52,028 bases of DNA from Candidatus Parcubacteria bacterium (GTDB taxonomy: Bacteria > Patescibacteriota > Minisyncoccia > Phycocordibacterales > UBA5272). Positions 27,374-39,876 of this stretch are shown here, piece after piece. The stretch lies in contig JBDKJD010000006.1 of NCBI GenBank assembly GCA_039796775.1, positions 1-52,028 on the forward strand, given 5' to 3'. The position numbers and the translations under genes were made by a program. Numbering within the stretch: the first letter of the stretch is position 1; each line of letters begins with the position of its first letter. The notes under the pieces were generated by a model. That model was not told where the DNA came from, did not search any database, and saw nothing but the letters and a program-made list of their open reading frames with translations.

Positions 27374-28597
27374 ATGCTCTATCATTACATAGCATTAAAC
27401 ACTAACGGGAACAAAGAAGAAGGCGACGTTGATGCAACATCGCTTGATAATGCTATTTTTATTGTTAATAAAAAAGGATATGCATCAATTGTTGATGTGA
27501 GAGAAAAGGTGAGTGAGGAACAGAGTGCTTTTAAGCTTCTTTACAAAAAAGCTTTTAGACAAAAAATTAGTAACAAAGATGTCGTCATCTTTTCTCGTCA
27601 GGTGGCTACACTTTTCGCGTCTGGTGTGTCTGCTCTTAGAGCGTTTAGACTTCTCGGTCAAGAGAATGAGAACAAGTCTCTTCAAGAAGAAGTGTTTGAT
27701 ATTTCAGATGATATTGAGAAAGGGACGTCCCTCTCACAATCTTTGACCAAGCATCCGAATTTGTTCTCTAACTTTTATATCAACATGGTTAAGTCCGGTG
27801 AAGAAAGTGGTAAGTTAAACGACGTATTCCTCTATCTCGCTGACTATCTTGATCGTAACTATGAACTTAATCAAAAGGTTAAGAAGGCGCTCACTTATCC
27901 AACATTCGTTATCTCAACCTTTTTCCTCATTATGGCAGCCATGCTCACATTCGTTGTCCCTAAGATGGCGGCAATGTTCCAGGAAGAAGGAGTAGAACTT
28001 CCACTTGTAACTCGTATCGTACTTGGTGCGTCTGATTTGTTTGTGAAGTACTGGCATATCACATTCCCTACTATTATCATCGGTATCATTCTCTTTAAGC
28101 GATGGGCTAAGACAGATGAAGGGGCTCAAATGATTGACGAGTTTATGTTAAAGGTTCCTGTGATTAAAACATTCATTCAAAAGCTCTTCCTGCAACGTCT
28201 TTCTGATAACATGAACACGATGCTCACAAACGGCGTACCTATTGTGAAGTCTATAGATATCACTGCGTCAATTGTAGAGAATAGAGTATATCGCCAACTT
28301 CTTGAGCGTGTGTCACAAAAGGTGCAATCCGGTAAGTCTTTTTCTAAAGCTTTATATGAAGAACCGCTCGTTCCGAATATTCTCGTACAAATGGTGCACA
28401 TAGGAGAAGAGACAGGGCAGCTTGGTTTCATCTTGAAGAACCTGGCAGTGTTCTATCAACGAGAACTTGAGAACGCTATAGATGGTATTATCTCGATTAT
28501 TGAACCTGCGATGATTGTCGCACTCGGTATTGGTGTTGGAATACTCGTGTCCGCTATTCTCCTCCCAATGTATTCACTTTCAGAAGCAATCAAGTAA
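27374..28597 (+). CDS. pilC: Pilus inner-membrane platform protein PilC/GspF
   Basis: FSRQVATL; GEESGKL; ALTYP; GEETGQL; IEPAMIV. Confidence 0.93.
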   Translation: MLYHYIALNTNGNKEEGDVDATSLDNAIFIVNKKGYASIVDVREKVSEEQSAFKLLYKKAFRQKISNKDVVIFSRQVATLFASGVSALRAFRLLGQENENKSLQEEVFDISDDIEKGTSLSQSLTKHPNLFSNFYINMVKSGEESGKLNDVFLYLADYLDRNYELNQKVKKALTYPTFVISTFFLIMAAMLTFVVPKMAAMFQEEGVELPLVTRIVLGASDLFVKYWHITFPTIIIGIILFKRWAKTDEGAQMIDEFMLKVPVIKTFIQKLFLQRLSDNMNTMLTNGVPIVKSIDITASIVENRVYRQLLERVSQKVQSGKSFSKALYEEPLVPNILVQMVHIGEETGQLGFILKNLAVFYQRELENAIDGIISIIEPAMIVALGIGVGILVSAILLPMYSLSEAIK

Positions 28598-28841
28598 CAG
28601 CTTTTAGCGCTTAGTTATTGGCTTTTAGTAAAAATGGTCAGGTCGTGCATTAATTTATTGTATACATAAACTATGCATAGTTTATAGAGCGTATAAGATT
28701 ATGCTAGACATGCACAAGGTAACAAGTACACTTTATCGCTAACAGCTGCTACGTGTTATCCACATATTTTATCTTCAAGACTTGTGTTTTGGAGATAAAG
28801 CGCTATATACTTTCTAATATCTATAAAGATAGAATAATTAT

Positions 28842-29564
28842 ATGAACACAATTACACAATTACGTGCCCGCGGTTTCACCCTCATCGAGCTTCTCGTGGT
28901 AATCGCTATTATTGGACTTCTTTCGACTATTATTGCAGCTCCTATTCAGAACGCTCGCAAGAAAGCTCGTGACTCAAAGAAAATCGCTGAAATCAAAGCT
29001 GTACAATTAGCCCTTGATCAGTTCTCAGAAGCTAATGCGGGTCAATACCCAGCCGCCCTTGCTTCCACTAGTCCTACGTATATTCCTCTCCTTCCAGCTT
29101 TTGCATCTTCAACTAATAGAGAAATAGCAGTTCGTGATCGTTTTGCTTATACTGCTTACGCTGCCGGAGGAGCCTCAGTAGGAGAACCCGTGTTCTTTGC
29201 TTATCACTTTGGGACGAAGCTCGAAAATAACTCTCAAGCTCTAGCTAGCGACAGAGACTGTTTAGGAGCTAATGATTTATCTGATTTTACAATAAACGCA
29301 GGAACATCAACATGTGCTTTTTATCCATCGGCAACATTAGAATCTTATTACATATCAGGTGCAGCGTTTAATCAAACAGCTTATAGTTATCAGACTGGTA
29401 TGATTCCACAAATGCCTGTAACTGTAGCAGCTGGATATACAGGAGCAACCTCTACAGCCCACAGTGGAACTTCAGGTAATAATGATTTTGATGGTAGTGA
29501 TGGTAATCTAGAGACCTGTAATTCAATTAGAGACTGTATCTTCGACGTAACTGGTCAGCAATAG
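28842..29564 (+). CDS. pilA: Type IV major pilin
   Basis: Class III signal RG/FTLIELLVVIAIIGLL; ARKKARDSKK; C-terminal cysteines; long upstream intergenic region. Confidence 0.8.
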   Translation: MNTITQLRARGFTLIELLVVIAIIGLLSTIIAAPIQNARKKARDSKKIAEIKAVQLALDQFSEANAGQYPAALASTSPTYIPLLPAFASSTNREIAVRDRFAYTAYAAGGASVGEPVFFAYHFGTKLENNSQALASDRDCLGANDLSDFTINAGTSTCAFYPSATLESYYISGAAFNQTAYSYQTGMIPQMPVTVAAGYTGATSTAHSGTSGNNDFDGSDGNLETCNSIRDCIFDVTGQQ

Positions 29565-29601
29565 TTATTTAAACCATTACTCCTCGTAATATCGTTCTTC
29601 T

Positions 29602-30369
29602 GTGTTCTATCTTCTCTCATTTATTCTAGGAGCATCAGTTGGAAGCTTTGTGCAAGTAATTGTTGGTCGCCTCCACGTCGCTCCTATTATTAAGGGACGT
29701 AGCAAGTGCCTCTCATGCGGAGAGGCACTTCGCGTTTCTGATCTTGTGCCACTCTTGTCACATTTATTCTTAAAAGGAAGATGTAAGTATTGCAAATCTC
29801 CTTTTGGTACAGAGTCACTTGTGATAGAGACATTGTTTGGATTAGTCTTTGTGTTGTTATATGTCACTATTCTTTCGAACACTCTAAGCTATGGGGGAGC
29901 TATGCTCTATCTTCTCTTCTACACCTTATTATTCATCTCGCTTGGTGTTATGGCGTTATATGATAGAAAGCATACGTATGTTCCAATGGAATTCTTAATG
30001 CTATTCCTGACGCTCTGCTTCGGTATGTATATATATGGCGTAGTAGAAGAGGGTAGTTTAGAGAGAGCTCTTTCTCCACTTATTGTGCCACTTCCATTTC
30101 TCTTGATATGGCTTGTGAGTAAAGGGAAAGCGCTTGGCTTCGGAGATGTGTTGCTGTTTATTGGGGTCGGGGCATTCTTCTCTCTTTATCAGGGGATTGC
30201 AGTATTCCTGATTGCTGTATGGACAGGAGCACTCTACGGTCTCTATAAAAAGTACATAGAAAAAGATACAAACAAAGCCATACCTTTTGTGCCGTTTATA
30301 GTCATCGCATTCCTTATTGTCTTGTTCACAGGGATTGATGTGTTTTCGATCGCGTTTCCTTTTATCTAG
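29602..30369 (+). CDS. pilD: Prepilin peptidase
   Basis: GSF; RSKCLSC...GRCKYC; GFGD; PFVPF. Confidence 0.92.
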   Translation: MFYLLSFILGASVGSFVQVIVGRLHVAPIIKGRSKCLSCGEALRVSDLVPLLSHLFLKGRCKYCKSPFGTESLVIETLFGLVFVLLYVTILSNTLSYGGAMLYLLFYTLLFISLGVMALYDRKHTYVPMEFLMLFLTLCFGMYIYGVVEEGSLERALSPLIVPLPFLLIWLVSKGKALGFGDVLLFIGVGAFFSLYQGIAVFLIAVWTGALYGLYKKYIEKDTNKAIPFVPFIVIAFLIVLFTGIDVFSIAFPFI

Positions 30370-30384
30370 TGTTACCCTAATAGA

Positions 30385-31044
30385 ATGAGAGGTAGTATCT
30401 TAAAAACTTTGAACATAAGAGGTTTCACATTAGCTGAACTTATAACAAGTATGGCGATTATGACCATAGTTCTTGGTATAACACTTCTTGAACGACCTCA
30501 GGCCACACTTAGACTTGCTCTTAGGGATACAGTGTCTTCATCGGAACTTCTCTTCCGTACTGCTCAGTTAGAGGGGAGTGCTGTCAAAAATCTGAATGAC
30601 TCAATCGGTGGGGCTGGGGTGTTTTTGAACAGATCTACACCGAATAGTTTGCTTATGTTTAAGGATAGGGTTGCTACTAATATAGTAGCAGCACTCGGTA
30701 TTGGTAATGGATTATATGATTCTACGCCAACAGATGAGAAGAAAGAGATACTTACTTTTCTGAGAGGGAATAAGTTCACACAGCTTTGTGTCTCTACTAC
30801 CTCTATTAATTTGTCATGTAACAGTGAAGAGTTGCATTTGGTGCCAATTGTTCAAACAGTTACAGTGTCTTTTAATCGACCTAGTCCGACTGCTAATATT
30901 TATGTCAACAATAGTACAGCAATTAAATACAGCACATTATGTGTACAATTTGAGACATTGCGAGCACCTGGTGACGGGCATGTGCAGTCGCTCTTTGTCT
31001 CACGTTCTGGCATAATGATTAAACGAAAAGGAACATGCAAGTAA
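30385..31044 (+). CDS. Minor pilin (FimT/FimU-like)
   Basis: RG/FTLAELITSMAIM prepilin motif. Confidence 0.8.
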   Translation: MRGSILKTLNIRGFTLAELITSMAIMTIVLGITLLERPQATLRLALRDTVSSSELLFRTAQLEGSAVKNLNDSIGGAGVFLNRSTPNSLLMFKDRVATNIVAALGIGNGLYDSTPTDEKKEILTFLRGNKFTQLCVSTTSINLSCNSEELHLVPIVQTVTVSFNRPSPTANIYVNNSTAIKYSTLCVQFETLRAPGDGHVQSLFVSRSGIMIKRKGTCK

Positions 31045-31691
31045 TCATACATAACACAACACAATCTGCTCCTAAGAACTCCTCCCTACGCGGCCTCTCT
31101 TTGGTTGAGATATTGATTGTGCTTGGGCTTTTTTCTGGGGTGTCTACTCTTGCTCTTGGGGCACTCTTCAATACTCAAGCGCTTAATAACAGATTATTAC
31201 AGAATCAATCGATATTAGACAATGTGAATCTTTCTATTCTTAGTCTGACAAGAGATATACGTTACGGTTCTGAGTTTCATTGTACGACGAATGATACTAT
31301 CGCTACAACAACAAGAAACGGATGCCCTTTGTCTGGCAGTCCTGGGGATGTGCTTTTGTTTAGATCATCTGAGGCTGTAGATACTGATGATAGAGTTGTC
31401 TATTATGTCAAAAATAAAATTCTTTATAAAAAAGAAATACCAAAAACTGGTCTTCCTCTTGAGTATCAAATGACTTCAGAAGATATAATGATTGAACAAT
31501 TTCTTATGTATGTAGATGGTGCATATGCTTCTGTTCCAACTCGTAGCAAAGATTCGGTCTCTATAGACTATGCTCAACCAAAAATAACTTTTATTATGAG
31601 CGGTACAGCCAAACCCTCTCGTCCTACAGACACTCCGCTCAAGTTCAGTTTACAGACGGTGATATCTCCACGTCTTATTGACACCAATTAA
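31035..31691 (+). CDS. Minor pilin (PilW/GspJ-like)
   Basis: RG/LSLVEILIVLG; LTRDIRYG; C-terminal LQTVISPR. Confidence 0.8.
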   Translation: MQVIIHNTTQSAPKNSSLRGLSLVEILIVLGLFSGVSTLALGALFNTQALNNRLLQNQSILDNVNLSILSLTRDIRYGSEFHCTTNDTIATTTRNGCPLSGSPGDVLLFRSSEAVDTDDRVVYYVKNKILYKKEIPKTGLPLEYQMTSEDIMIEQFLMYVDGAYASVPTRSKDSVSIDYAQPKITFIMSGTAKPSRPTDTPLKFSLQTVISPRLIDTN

Positions 31692-31693
31692 GT

Positions 31694-32404
31694 ATGAAAT
31701 ATTTTTTGTCACAATGTTCAAATATAAAACACCTAAAAGGTCTTACGCTTCTTGAGACGCTTGTTGCTATTTTGGTTATTAGTCTGACAATAATCGGACC
31801 ACTTTCTTTTTTGGCGACATCTTCTTCTTATGCCAAACAAACAAGGGAAGCAATCGTTGCTACCTATTTAGCAGAAGAAGCTGCTGAACTATTACAAAAT
31901 AGATATGACTCTCTTTATGTTGCATGTGTTAAACAGCCGGGAGTTACTCCATGTACCCCAGACTTTGGAGAGTCTACTCCAGGACAAATAGCATGGAGAT
32001 TATTCAAGGAGCGTATGAGTTCAAGAGACGGTCACCCTTCGTGTTTTATTGATGATACTCAATCCGAGTGTGCTTTTGATTCTGAACATATGAAAGTAGT
32101 CGCAACTACAACACCCGCACGTTTTGCTACAACTGATACAACATGTAAGCGATTAATTGCAGCGACTGTGGGAGGTATTACAACTTATGTATGTAGCGGT
32201 ATTCCTTCTCGGCTTGTTTCAGCAACTAAAGGATTATTATATGAGCGTAGTGTATATTTGGAACATATACCAACCTTTGAAGCAACCGCAAGAAATGAAC
32301 AAGATCATGATGATATACGTATTGTAGTGAGTGTCAGATATAGAGCAGTGAATGGTACAGAACGAGAAGCCAAAATTAGTAGATATCTCCATCCGCGACC
32401 TTAA
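31694..32404 (+). CDS. Minor pilin (PilV-like)
   Basis: KG/LTLLETLVAILV; ATYLAEEAAE. Confidence 0.8.
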   Translation: MKYFLSQCSNIKHLKGLTLLETLVAILVISLTIIGPLSFLATSSSYAKQTREAIVATYLAEEAAELLQNRYDSLYVACVKQPGVTPCTPDFGESTPGQIAWRLFKERMSSRDGHPSCFIDDTQSECAFDSEHMKVVATTTPARFATTDTTCKRLIAATVGGITTYVCSGIPSRLVSATKGLLYERSVYLEHIPTFEATARNEQDHDDIRIVVSVRYRAVNGTEREAKISRYLHPRP

Positions 32405-32409
32405 CAATT

Positions 32410-35090
<2,681 letters not shown>

Positions 35091-35097
35091 TCTCATT

Positions 35098-35382
35098 ATG
35101 CAATTTTCTAAAGAAGACCTCAAAAAACTTTCTGAATTATCAAGAATATCTATAACAGGAGACCAGGAAGACAAAATGCTTAAAGATATGCAGGCTATTT
35201 TGGGATATGTTTCTGAGATTAACACCACAGAAGGGGAGACAGTTAAAGAAAAAGAATCTCATTATAACGTTGTAAGAGAAGATATTGTAACTCATCAAAG
35301 TGGAGATAACACAAATGCAATTCTAGATGAGGCCCCAAATGTTCTTGATGCTTATGTCAAAGTAGCTCAAGTGTTGAAATAG
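35098..35382 (+). CDS. gatC: Asp/Glu-tRNA amidotransferase subunit C
   Basis: LSELSRI...ILGYV...REDIV...AP...YVKV; directly precedes gatA. Confidence 0.9.
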   Translation: MQFSKEDLKKLSELSRISITGDQEDKMLKDMQAILGYVSEINTTEGETVKEKESHYNVVREDIVTHQSGDNTNAILDEAPNVLDAYVKVAQVLK

Positions 35383-35419
35383 TCGTTAGTCTATAGTTAT
35401 TAGAAATACACAATATATT

Positions 35420-36832
35420 ATGCAAAAAACGTTACGACAAATACAAGAAGAGTTAAAAACCGGAGCAACGACGGTTGAGACCCTTGTTGAAAATGCAAAA
35501 AAAACTATTAGAGATAAGGATGGAGATGTGCATGCGCTTCTTGGACTATACTCAGACACACTTATTGATGAACAAATCAAAAAAGCACAAAGCATGTTCT
35601 CTAATAATACCGCAACACTTCTCACAGGTGTGCCCATAGTTCTGAAAGATAATATTGTTGTAAAGGGTGAGAAGGCTACAGCTGGTTCTAAGATTTTAGA
35701 AGACTATGTGTCACCATATGATGCTACTGTTGTTAAAAAGTTAAAAGAAGCAGGAGCTATAGTATTAGGACGAGCTAATATGGACGAGTTCGCAATGGGG
35801 GGCTCAACTGAGAATTCAGCATACGGTGTAACCAAAAATCCTCATGACATAACACGTGTAGCAGGCGGGTCATCAGGTGGGTCAGCAGCGGTAGTTGCAT
35901 ATGAGGGTGTACCTATTTCTCTTGGATCAGATACAGGTGGGTCAATTAGACAACCGGCGTCTTTTTGTGGAATCGTAGGACTTAAGCCGACATATGGTGC
36001 AGTATCACGCTATGGACTTATGGCCATGGGGTCATCACTTGATCAAATAGGGCCTTTCGCTCACAACGTAGAAGATGCAGAAATAGTGTTTGATATTATT
36101 AAAGGCAAAGATCCTCTTGATGCGACATCTATTGATGCGACAGAATATACAAACAACAACAAAGAATTAAAAAAGAAGATTGGGGTTCCTTGGTCATTTA
36201 TACGAAGAGAAGGAATAGATAAAGATGTTTTATCTAATTTTGAATTATCAATCGAATCCTTACAAAAGAGTGGATATGAAATTGTTGATATCACAATCAA
36301 AGATCTTGAGAAGACTCTCTCAGTCTATTATGTTGTAGTATTTGCTGAGATTTCTTCTAATATGGCTCGTTATGATGGTATTCGTTATGGCCTCTCTGTT
36401 CCTGATGAAAATGTAATCAAAGGGTACTTTGCTACTCGTACACAAGGGCTAGGTGATGAAGTAAGAAGAAGAATATTGCTCGGTACTTATGTACTTTCGA
36501 GTGGATATTATGATGCATATTACAATAAAGCAAATCTAGTGCGTGACATGCTCCGTCTTGAATTCAAAAAAGTGTTCGAAACAGTAGACGCGATAGCGAT
36601 GCCAACATCTCCAATACCAGCATTCACAATAGGTGAGAAGTCACACGATCCACTCGCGATGTATTTGGCAGATATTTTTACTGTTCCGGTTAATATTGTT
36701 GGAGTTCCTGCGATTTCCATCCCTTCAGGGAAAACAAGTGAAGGATTACCTCTGTCTCTCCAACTACTTGCTCCACATTTTAGAGAAGATGTTTTATTCA
36801 CTATCGGCAAAGACTTCGAAAGGCTATACTAG
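35420..36832 (+). CDS. gatA: Asp/Glu-tRNA amidotransferase subunit A
   Basis: [14 protein letters not shown]; GGSSGGSAA; [12 protein letters not shown]; [20 protein letters not shown]. Confidence 0.97.
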   Translation: MQKTLRQIQEELKTGATTVETLVENAKKTIRDKDGDVHALLGLYSDTLIDEQIKKAQSMFSNNTATLLTGVPIVLKDNIVVKGEKATAGSKILEDYVSPYDATVVKKLKEAGAIVLGRANMDEFAMGGSTENSAYGVTKNPHDITRVAGGSSGGSAAVVAYEGVPISLGSDTGGSIRQPASFCGIVGLKPTYGAVSRYGLMAMGSSLDQIGPFAHNVEDAEIVFDIIKGKDPLDATSIDATEYTNNNKELKKKIGVPWSFIRREGIDKDVLSNFELSIESLQKSGYEIVDITIKDLEKTLSVYYVVVFAEISSNMARYDGIRYGLSVPDENVIKGYFATRTQGLGDEVRRRILLGTYVLSSGYYDAYYNKANLVRDMLRLEFKKVFETVDAIAMPTSPIPAFTIGEKSHDPLAMYLADIFTVPVNIVGVPAISIPSGKTSEGLPLSLQLLAPHFREDVLFTIGKDFERLY

Positions 36833-36915
36833 AAGACAGCAAAGAGCTTTTAGCTTTTAGCCTTTAGCTTTTGAAGAGGCTAATAGCTAGAAGCTAACAG
36901 TTAACAGCTGTTATC

Positions 36916-38298
36916 ATGTATTCCCTTTCTATCGACTACCTATTTAATCGTATTTATGATGTCCTGTTGTGGATTAAATACACATGGCTTTTTGTTATTA
37001 AAAGGGAAGATGTTGATGCGTACATAAAAAGTGTTGAAGCCAATGATTGGGACGGGTTGCGGGATAGAGGGTGGTTAACCGAAACGACAAGCACTCTCCC
37101 TGTGCCTGAAGCTGAGGTTCATGTATCGCTATGGCAAAGATTACAAGAAGCTGTTGGATTAAAAGTCAGAGACTCTGATCGTGATGGCGCTCCAGATGTT
37201 GTTGACCCTAGACCATATGATAGCGACAATCTCTCTAAGAGCGATATTAAGGAGCGATACGAAGAGTATTATTCTTTTTCTGATCATGTGAGAGATATAT
37301 TTGGTATTTCACCAAAAGATTCTGACAAAGATAGTGTGCCGGATAGTTATGAGAAGGTAATCAACACTGACAAGGATAATCCAGACACTGACAATGATGG
37401 ACTATTAGATGGTCAAGAATTAGCCAAAGGGACTGATCCTCTTAACCCGGATACTGACGGAGATCTTGTGTTGGATGGGCGAGACGAAGATCCGCTTAAT
37501 AGCTTCGTCTCTTCTCTCGGTGAAGATTCTGATAAGGATGGAGTGAGTGACAAGATGGAAAGCTTTTTGGGATCTGACAGTACTAAGATAGATACAGATG
37601 GTGATGGTATTACAGATGGTATGGATACGTATATTCTTGATCCAGAAAATATCTCAAATGGCCTCCTGGGCAAAATAGCAGAGAATGGTAATGATCTTTT
37701 GTTCGCAATTCAGAATCCAGTAATTCATTTCATGTCTAATGTTCTTGGATTGTTTATTATCGCTATTATGTGTTGTCTTGTGTATGCTTCGGTTAGATGG
37801 TTCTCTGTTTTCTTGGAAGGGCTTAATCATTATGAACATCATTTTCATCATGATGACCATAGTCATTCTCCGCATCATGTTATTTCTCATACACAAGATG
37901 TGTCATCTCATCATGGTCATGCGATTGATAATCTTCCTGTTGGCGAAGTAAAGAGTGTCGAGACATACTCTCTCGCAGAAGAGCAGAATAATCACCCTAA
38001 ATTTGCGATCATCGAAGGGTATATGAATAGTGAAACTGAAACGTTGTGGAGAATCGGAGTGATGGAAGCAGATAACTTACTCCACGAAGTGTTGAGAGAG
38101 AAAGGGTATCAAGGCGAGACATTAGGTGAGATGCTCAAAGCTGCAAGTTTTAGAACTATTGATTTAGCGTGGGATGCTCACAAGATAAGAAATAGAATAG
38201 CCCATGAAGGACTTGATTTTCAATTAACTGAACGAGAGGCAAAGCGCGCATTTGTTCTCTATGAATCAGTCTTTAGAGATTTGAAGGTGATTAGATAG
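36916..38298 (+). CDS. Membrane protein with thrombospondin type-3-like Ca-binding repeats, His-rich linker and C-terminal HEPN-like (RxxxxH) domain
   Basis: Multiple DxDxDG repeats; one internal TM helix; HHFHHDDHSHSPHH; AHKIRNRIAHEG. Confidence 0.7.
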   Translation: MYSLSIDYLFNRIYDVLLWIKYTWLFVIKREDVDAYIKSVEANDWDGLRDRGWLTETTSTLPVPEAEVHVSLWQRLQEAVGLKVRDSDRDGAPDVVDPRPYDSDNLSKSDIKERYEEYYSFSDHVRDIFGISPKDSDKDSVPDSYEKVINTDKDNPDTDNDGLLDGQELAKGTDPLNPDTDGDLVLDGRDEDPLNSFVSSLGEDSDKDGVSDKMESFLGSDSTKIDTDGDGITDGMDTYILDPENISNGLLGKIAENGNDLLFAIQNPVIHFMSNVLGLFIIAIMCCLVYASVRWFSVFLEGLNHYEHHFHHDDHSHSPHHVISHTQDVSSHHGHAIDNLPVGEVKSVETYSLAEEQNNHPKFAIIEGYMNSETETLWRIGVMEADNLLHEVLREKGYQGETLGEMLKAASFRTIDLAWDAHKIRNRIAHEGLDFQLTEREAKRAFVLYESVFRDLKVIR

Positions 38299-38344
38299 TA
38301 AGTGACTAGTCGCTAGTGATTAGCTGAGAGGTTCTTTTTACTCG

Positions 38345-38760
38345 TTGTGGGTGATCAGAAGATCGTACTGTGAACGTGCGATTAGTAAATCGTGCTGTGA
38401 AGTAGAGCAGGAATCGCCTCTCCTTCACTGTATTCAGTCGAGATCCAACATTTTCATAGTCGCTTCGCTCTTTGAAAATGTGGGCCTTCGGTTCGATTCC
38501 GTTCTTTGAGCCTGTACAAGAATACTATAAAAGCCACCGACTACGATGGCTTTTATAGTATTCTTGTTTGCGGACGATCAGAAGATAGTACTGTGAAGTA
38601 GAGCAGGAAGTTCGGTCACAAGACTACCTCCTCACTTCGTTCGTCAGAGATAGTCTCGCGACCCCTATTCGATTCCTGACGCACATGACGCAGGTCATGT
38701 GCTCCCAGTACAGACAAGTAAAAAGAAAAACCCTGATTACAGAGTTTTTCTTTTTACTTG
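38345..38760 (-). repeat. Tandem array of tRNA-3'-end-derived structured repeats downstream of tRNA-fMet (includes copy B at 38606-38703)
   Basis: Recurrent TTCCTGC/TCCGCAA tRNA-end mimics; hairpins 38714-38761 and 38516-38567; three copies of a ~22-nt motif at 38353, 38380 and 38576. Confidence 0.75.
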
Positions 38761-38831
38761 TTGCGGAGGCAGGAATCGAACCTACATTCCGAGGTTATGA
38801 GCCTCGTGAGTTACCTTTACTCTACTCCGCT
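38761..38831 (-). tRNA. tRNA-Met (CAT), probably initiator
   Basis: AGCGGAG/CTCCGCA-A with a 1:72 mismatch; anticodon arm CGAGG-CTCATAA-CCTCG; T-loop TTCGATT. Confidence 0.92.
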
Positions 38832-38938
38832 ATCTTTTATTTTTATTATTTGTACGATAACGTAATTATAATATCATGATTTTACAACTTTACAAAATCT
38901 ACTTATAAAAAAAGAACTAATGATATAATGCTACATAT

Positions 38939-39621
38939 ATGTCAAAACCTATACAAAAAGAGAAAGCTTTAATCTTAAGACGAAAAGGCTTAAGTGTAGG
39001 AGATATAGCTGCTAAGCTCAAAGTATCAAAAAGTACTGCCAGTACTTGGTGTAGCTCAATAAAACTTACGACAAAGCAAAGAGAAATTTTAAAAAATAAT
39101 ATGATAAAAGCAGGGTATGCTGGCAGACAGAAAGGTGCTGATGCTAATCGTAAGAAAAAAGAAATTCAGATTTTAGAAGCAAAAGAGCAGGCTTCAAAAA
39201 GTATTAAAAATTATCAAAAAGAGACTTCTTAATGCTCTTCTTTGGTTTATATTGGGGAGAAGGTAGTAAAAATTCAGAGAGAAAATTTGTATTCACTAAT
39301 AGTGATCCGTATGCAATCCTCTGTACCATTAAAGCGTTAGAACTTTTTGGTATTAGTAAAGAGTCGGTGGTTGCCGCTGTCTATATTAACAGTAGTCATA
39401 AATATAGGGTCACGATTGTTGAAAAGTTTTGGCAAAATTTATTACAGATAGATAAAGCTCAGCTGAGAAAAACTATTTTTGTAAATACTAAAACTAAAAA
39501 AGTGTACTCTAACACTAATGAGTATTATGGAGTTTTGAGATTGATGATTAAAAAAAGTTCTAAGACAAAAGATTTCATGATGGCAGGGATTGAGCATATT
39601 AGATTGAATTTGAATAAATGA
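38939..39621 (+). pseudogene. HTH plus LAGLIDADG-like protein split by a single-base frameshift (or a homopolymer sequencing error)
   Basis: N-terminal HTH (GLSVGDIAAKLKVSKSTASTW). One extra A in the A5 run at 39206-39210 fuses the ORFs as IKKLSKRDFLMLFFGLYWGEGSK...FTNSDP. Confidence 0.7.
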
Positions 39622-39656
39622 CCATTTTATGGTATAAAATGTTGTACATTACATAT

Positions 39657-39730
39657 GTCGGCGTAGCTCAGTTGGTTAGAGCGCATCACTCATAAAGATG
39701 AGGTCGGTGGATCATTCCCACCCGCCGACA
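39657..39730 (+). tRNA. tRNA with CAT anticodon (elongator Met or Ile2) with atypical T-loop
   Basis: Acceptor GTCGGCG/CGCCGAC-A; canonical D-arm; CTCATAA loop; T-arm GGTGG-ATCATTC-CCACC. Confidence 0.85.
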
Positions 39731-39813
39731 CAAGTTAAGTAAACCTATCTTCACTTAGAAGGTTAATAGCACGAAGGAATTTGGATATATAAACCAGAAG
39801 GGTATACTTTCCC

Positions 39814-39872
39814 TCTAATGTCTAATGTCTAATGTCTAATGTCTAATGTCTAATGTCTAATGTCTAATGTCT
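39814..39872. repeat. Heptamer tandem repeat (TCTAATG)x8
   Basis: Eight perfect copies plus TCT, ending 4 nt from the stop codon of the convergent gene. Confidence 0.95.
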
Positions 39873-39876
39873 GCTC

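Noticed and set aside
17370-28764. DnaA-box matches at 17370, 21332, 21511 and 28756 as oriC or DnaA regulation of pili
   Set aside because: They are isolated rather than clustered, a few matches are expected by chance in AT-rich DNA of this length, and no dnaA/dnaN is nearby.
38345-38760. Possible CRISPR array
   Set aside because: The repeats are degenerate, unevenly spaced and derived from tRNA ends. There are no constant-length spacers and no cas genes in the window.
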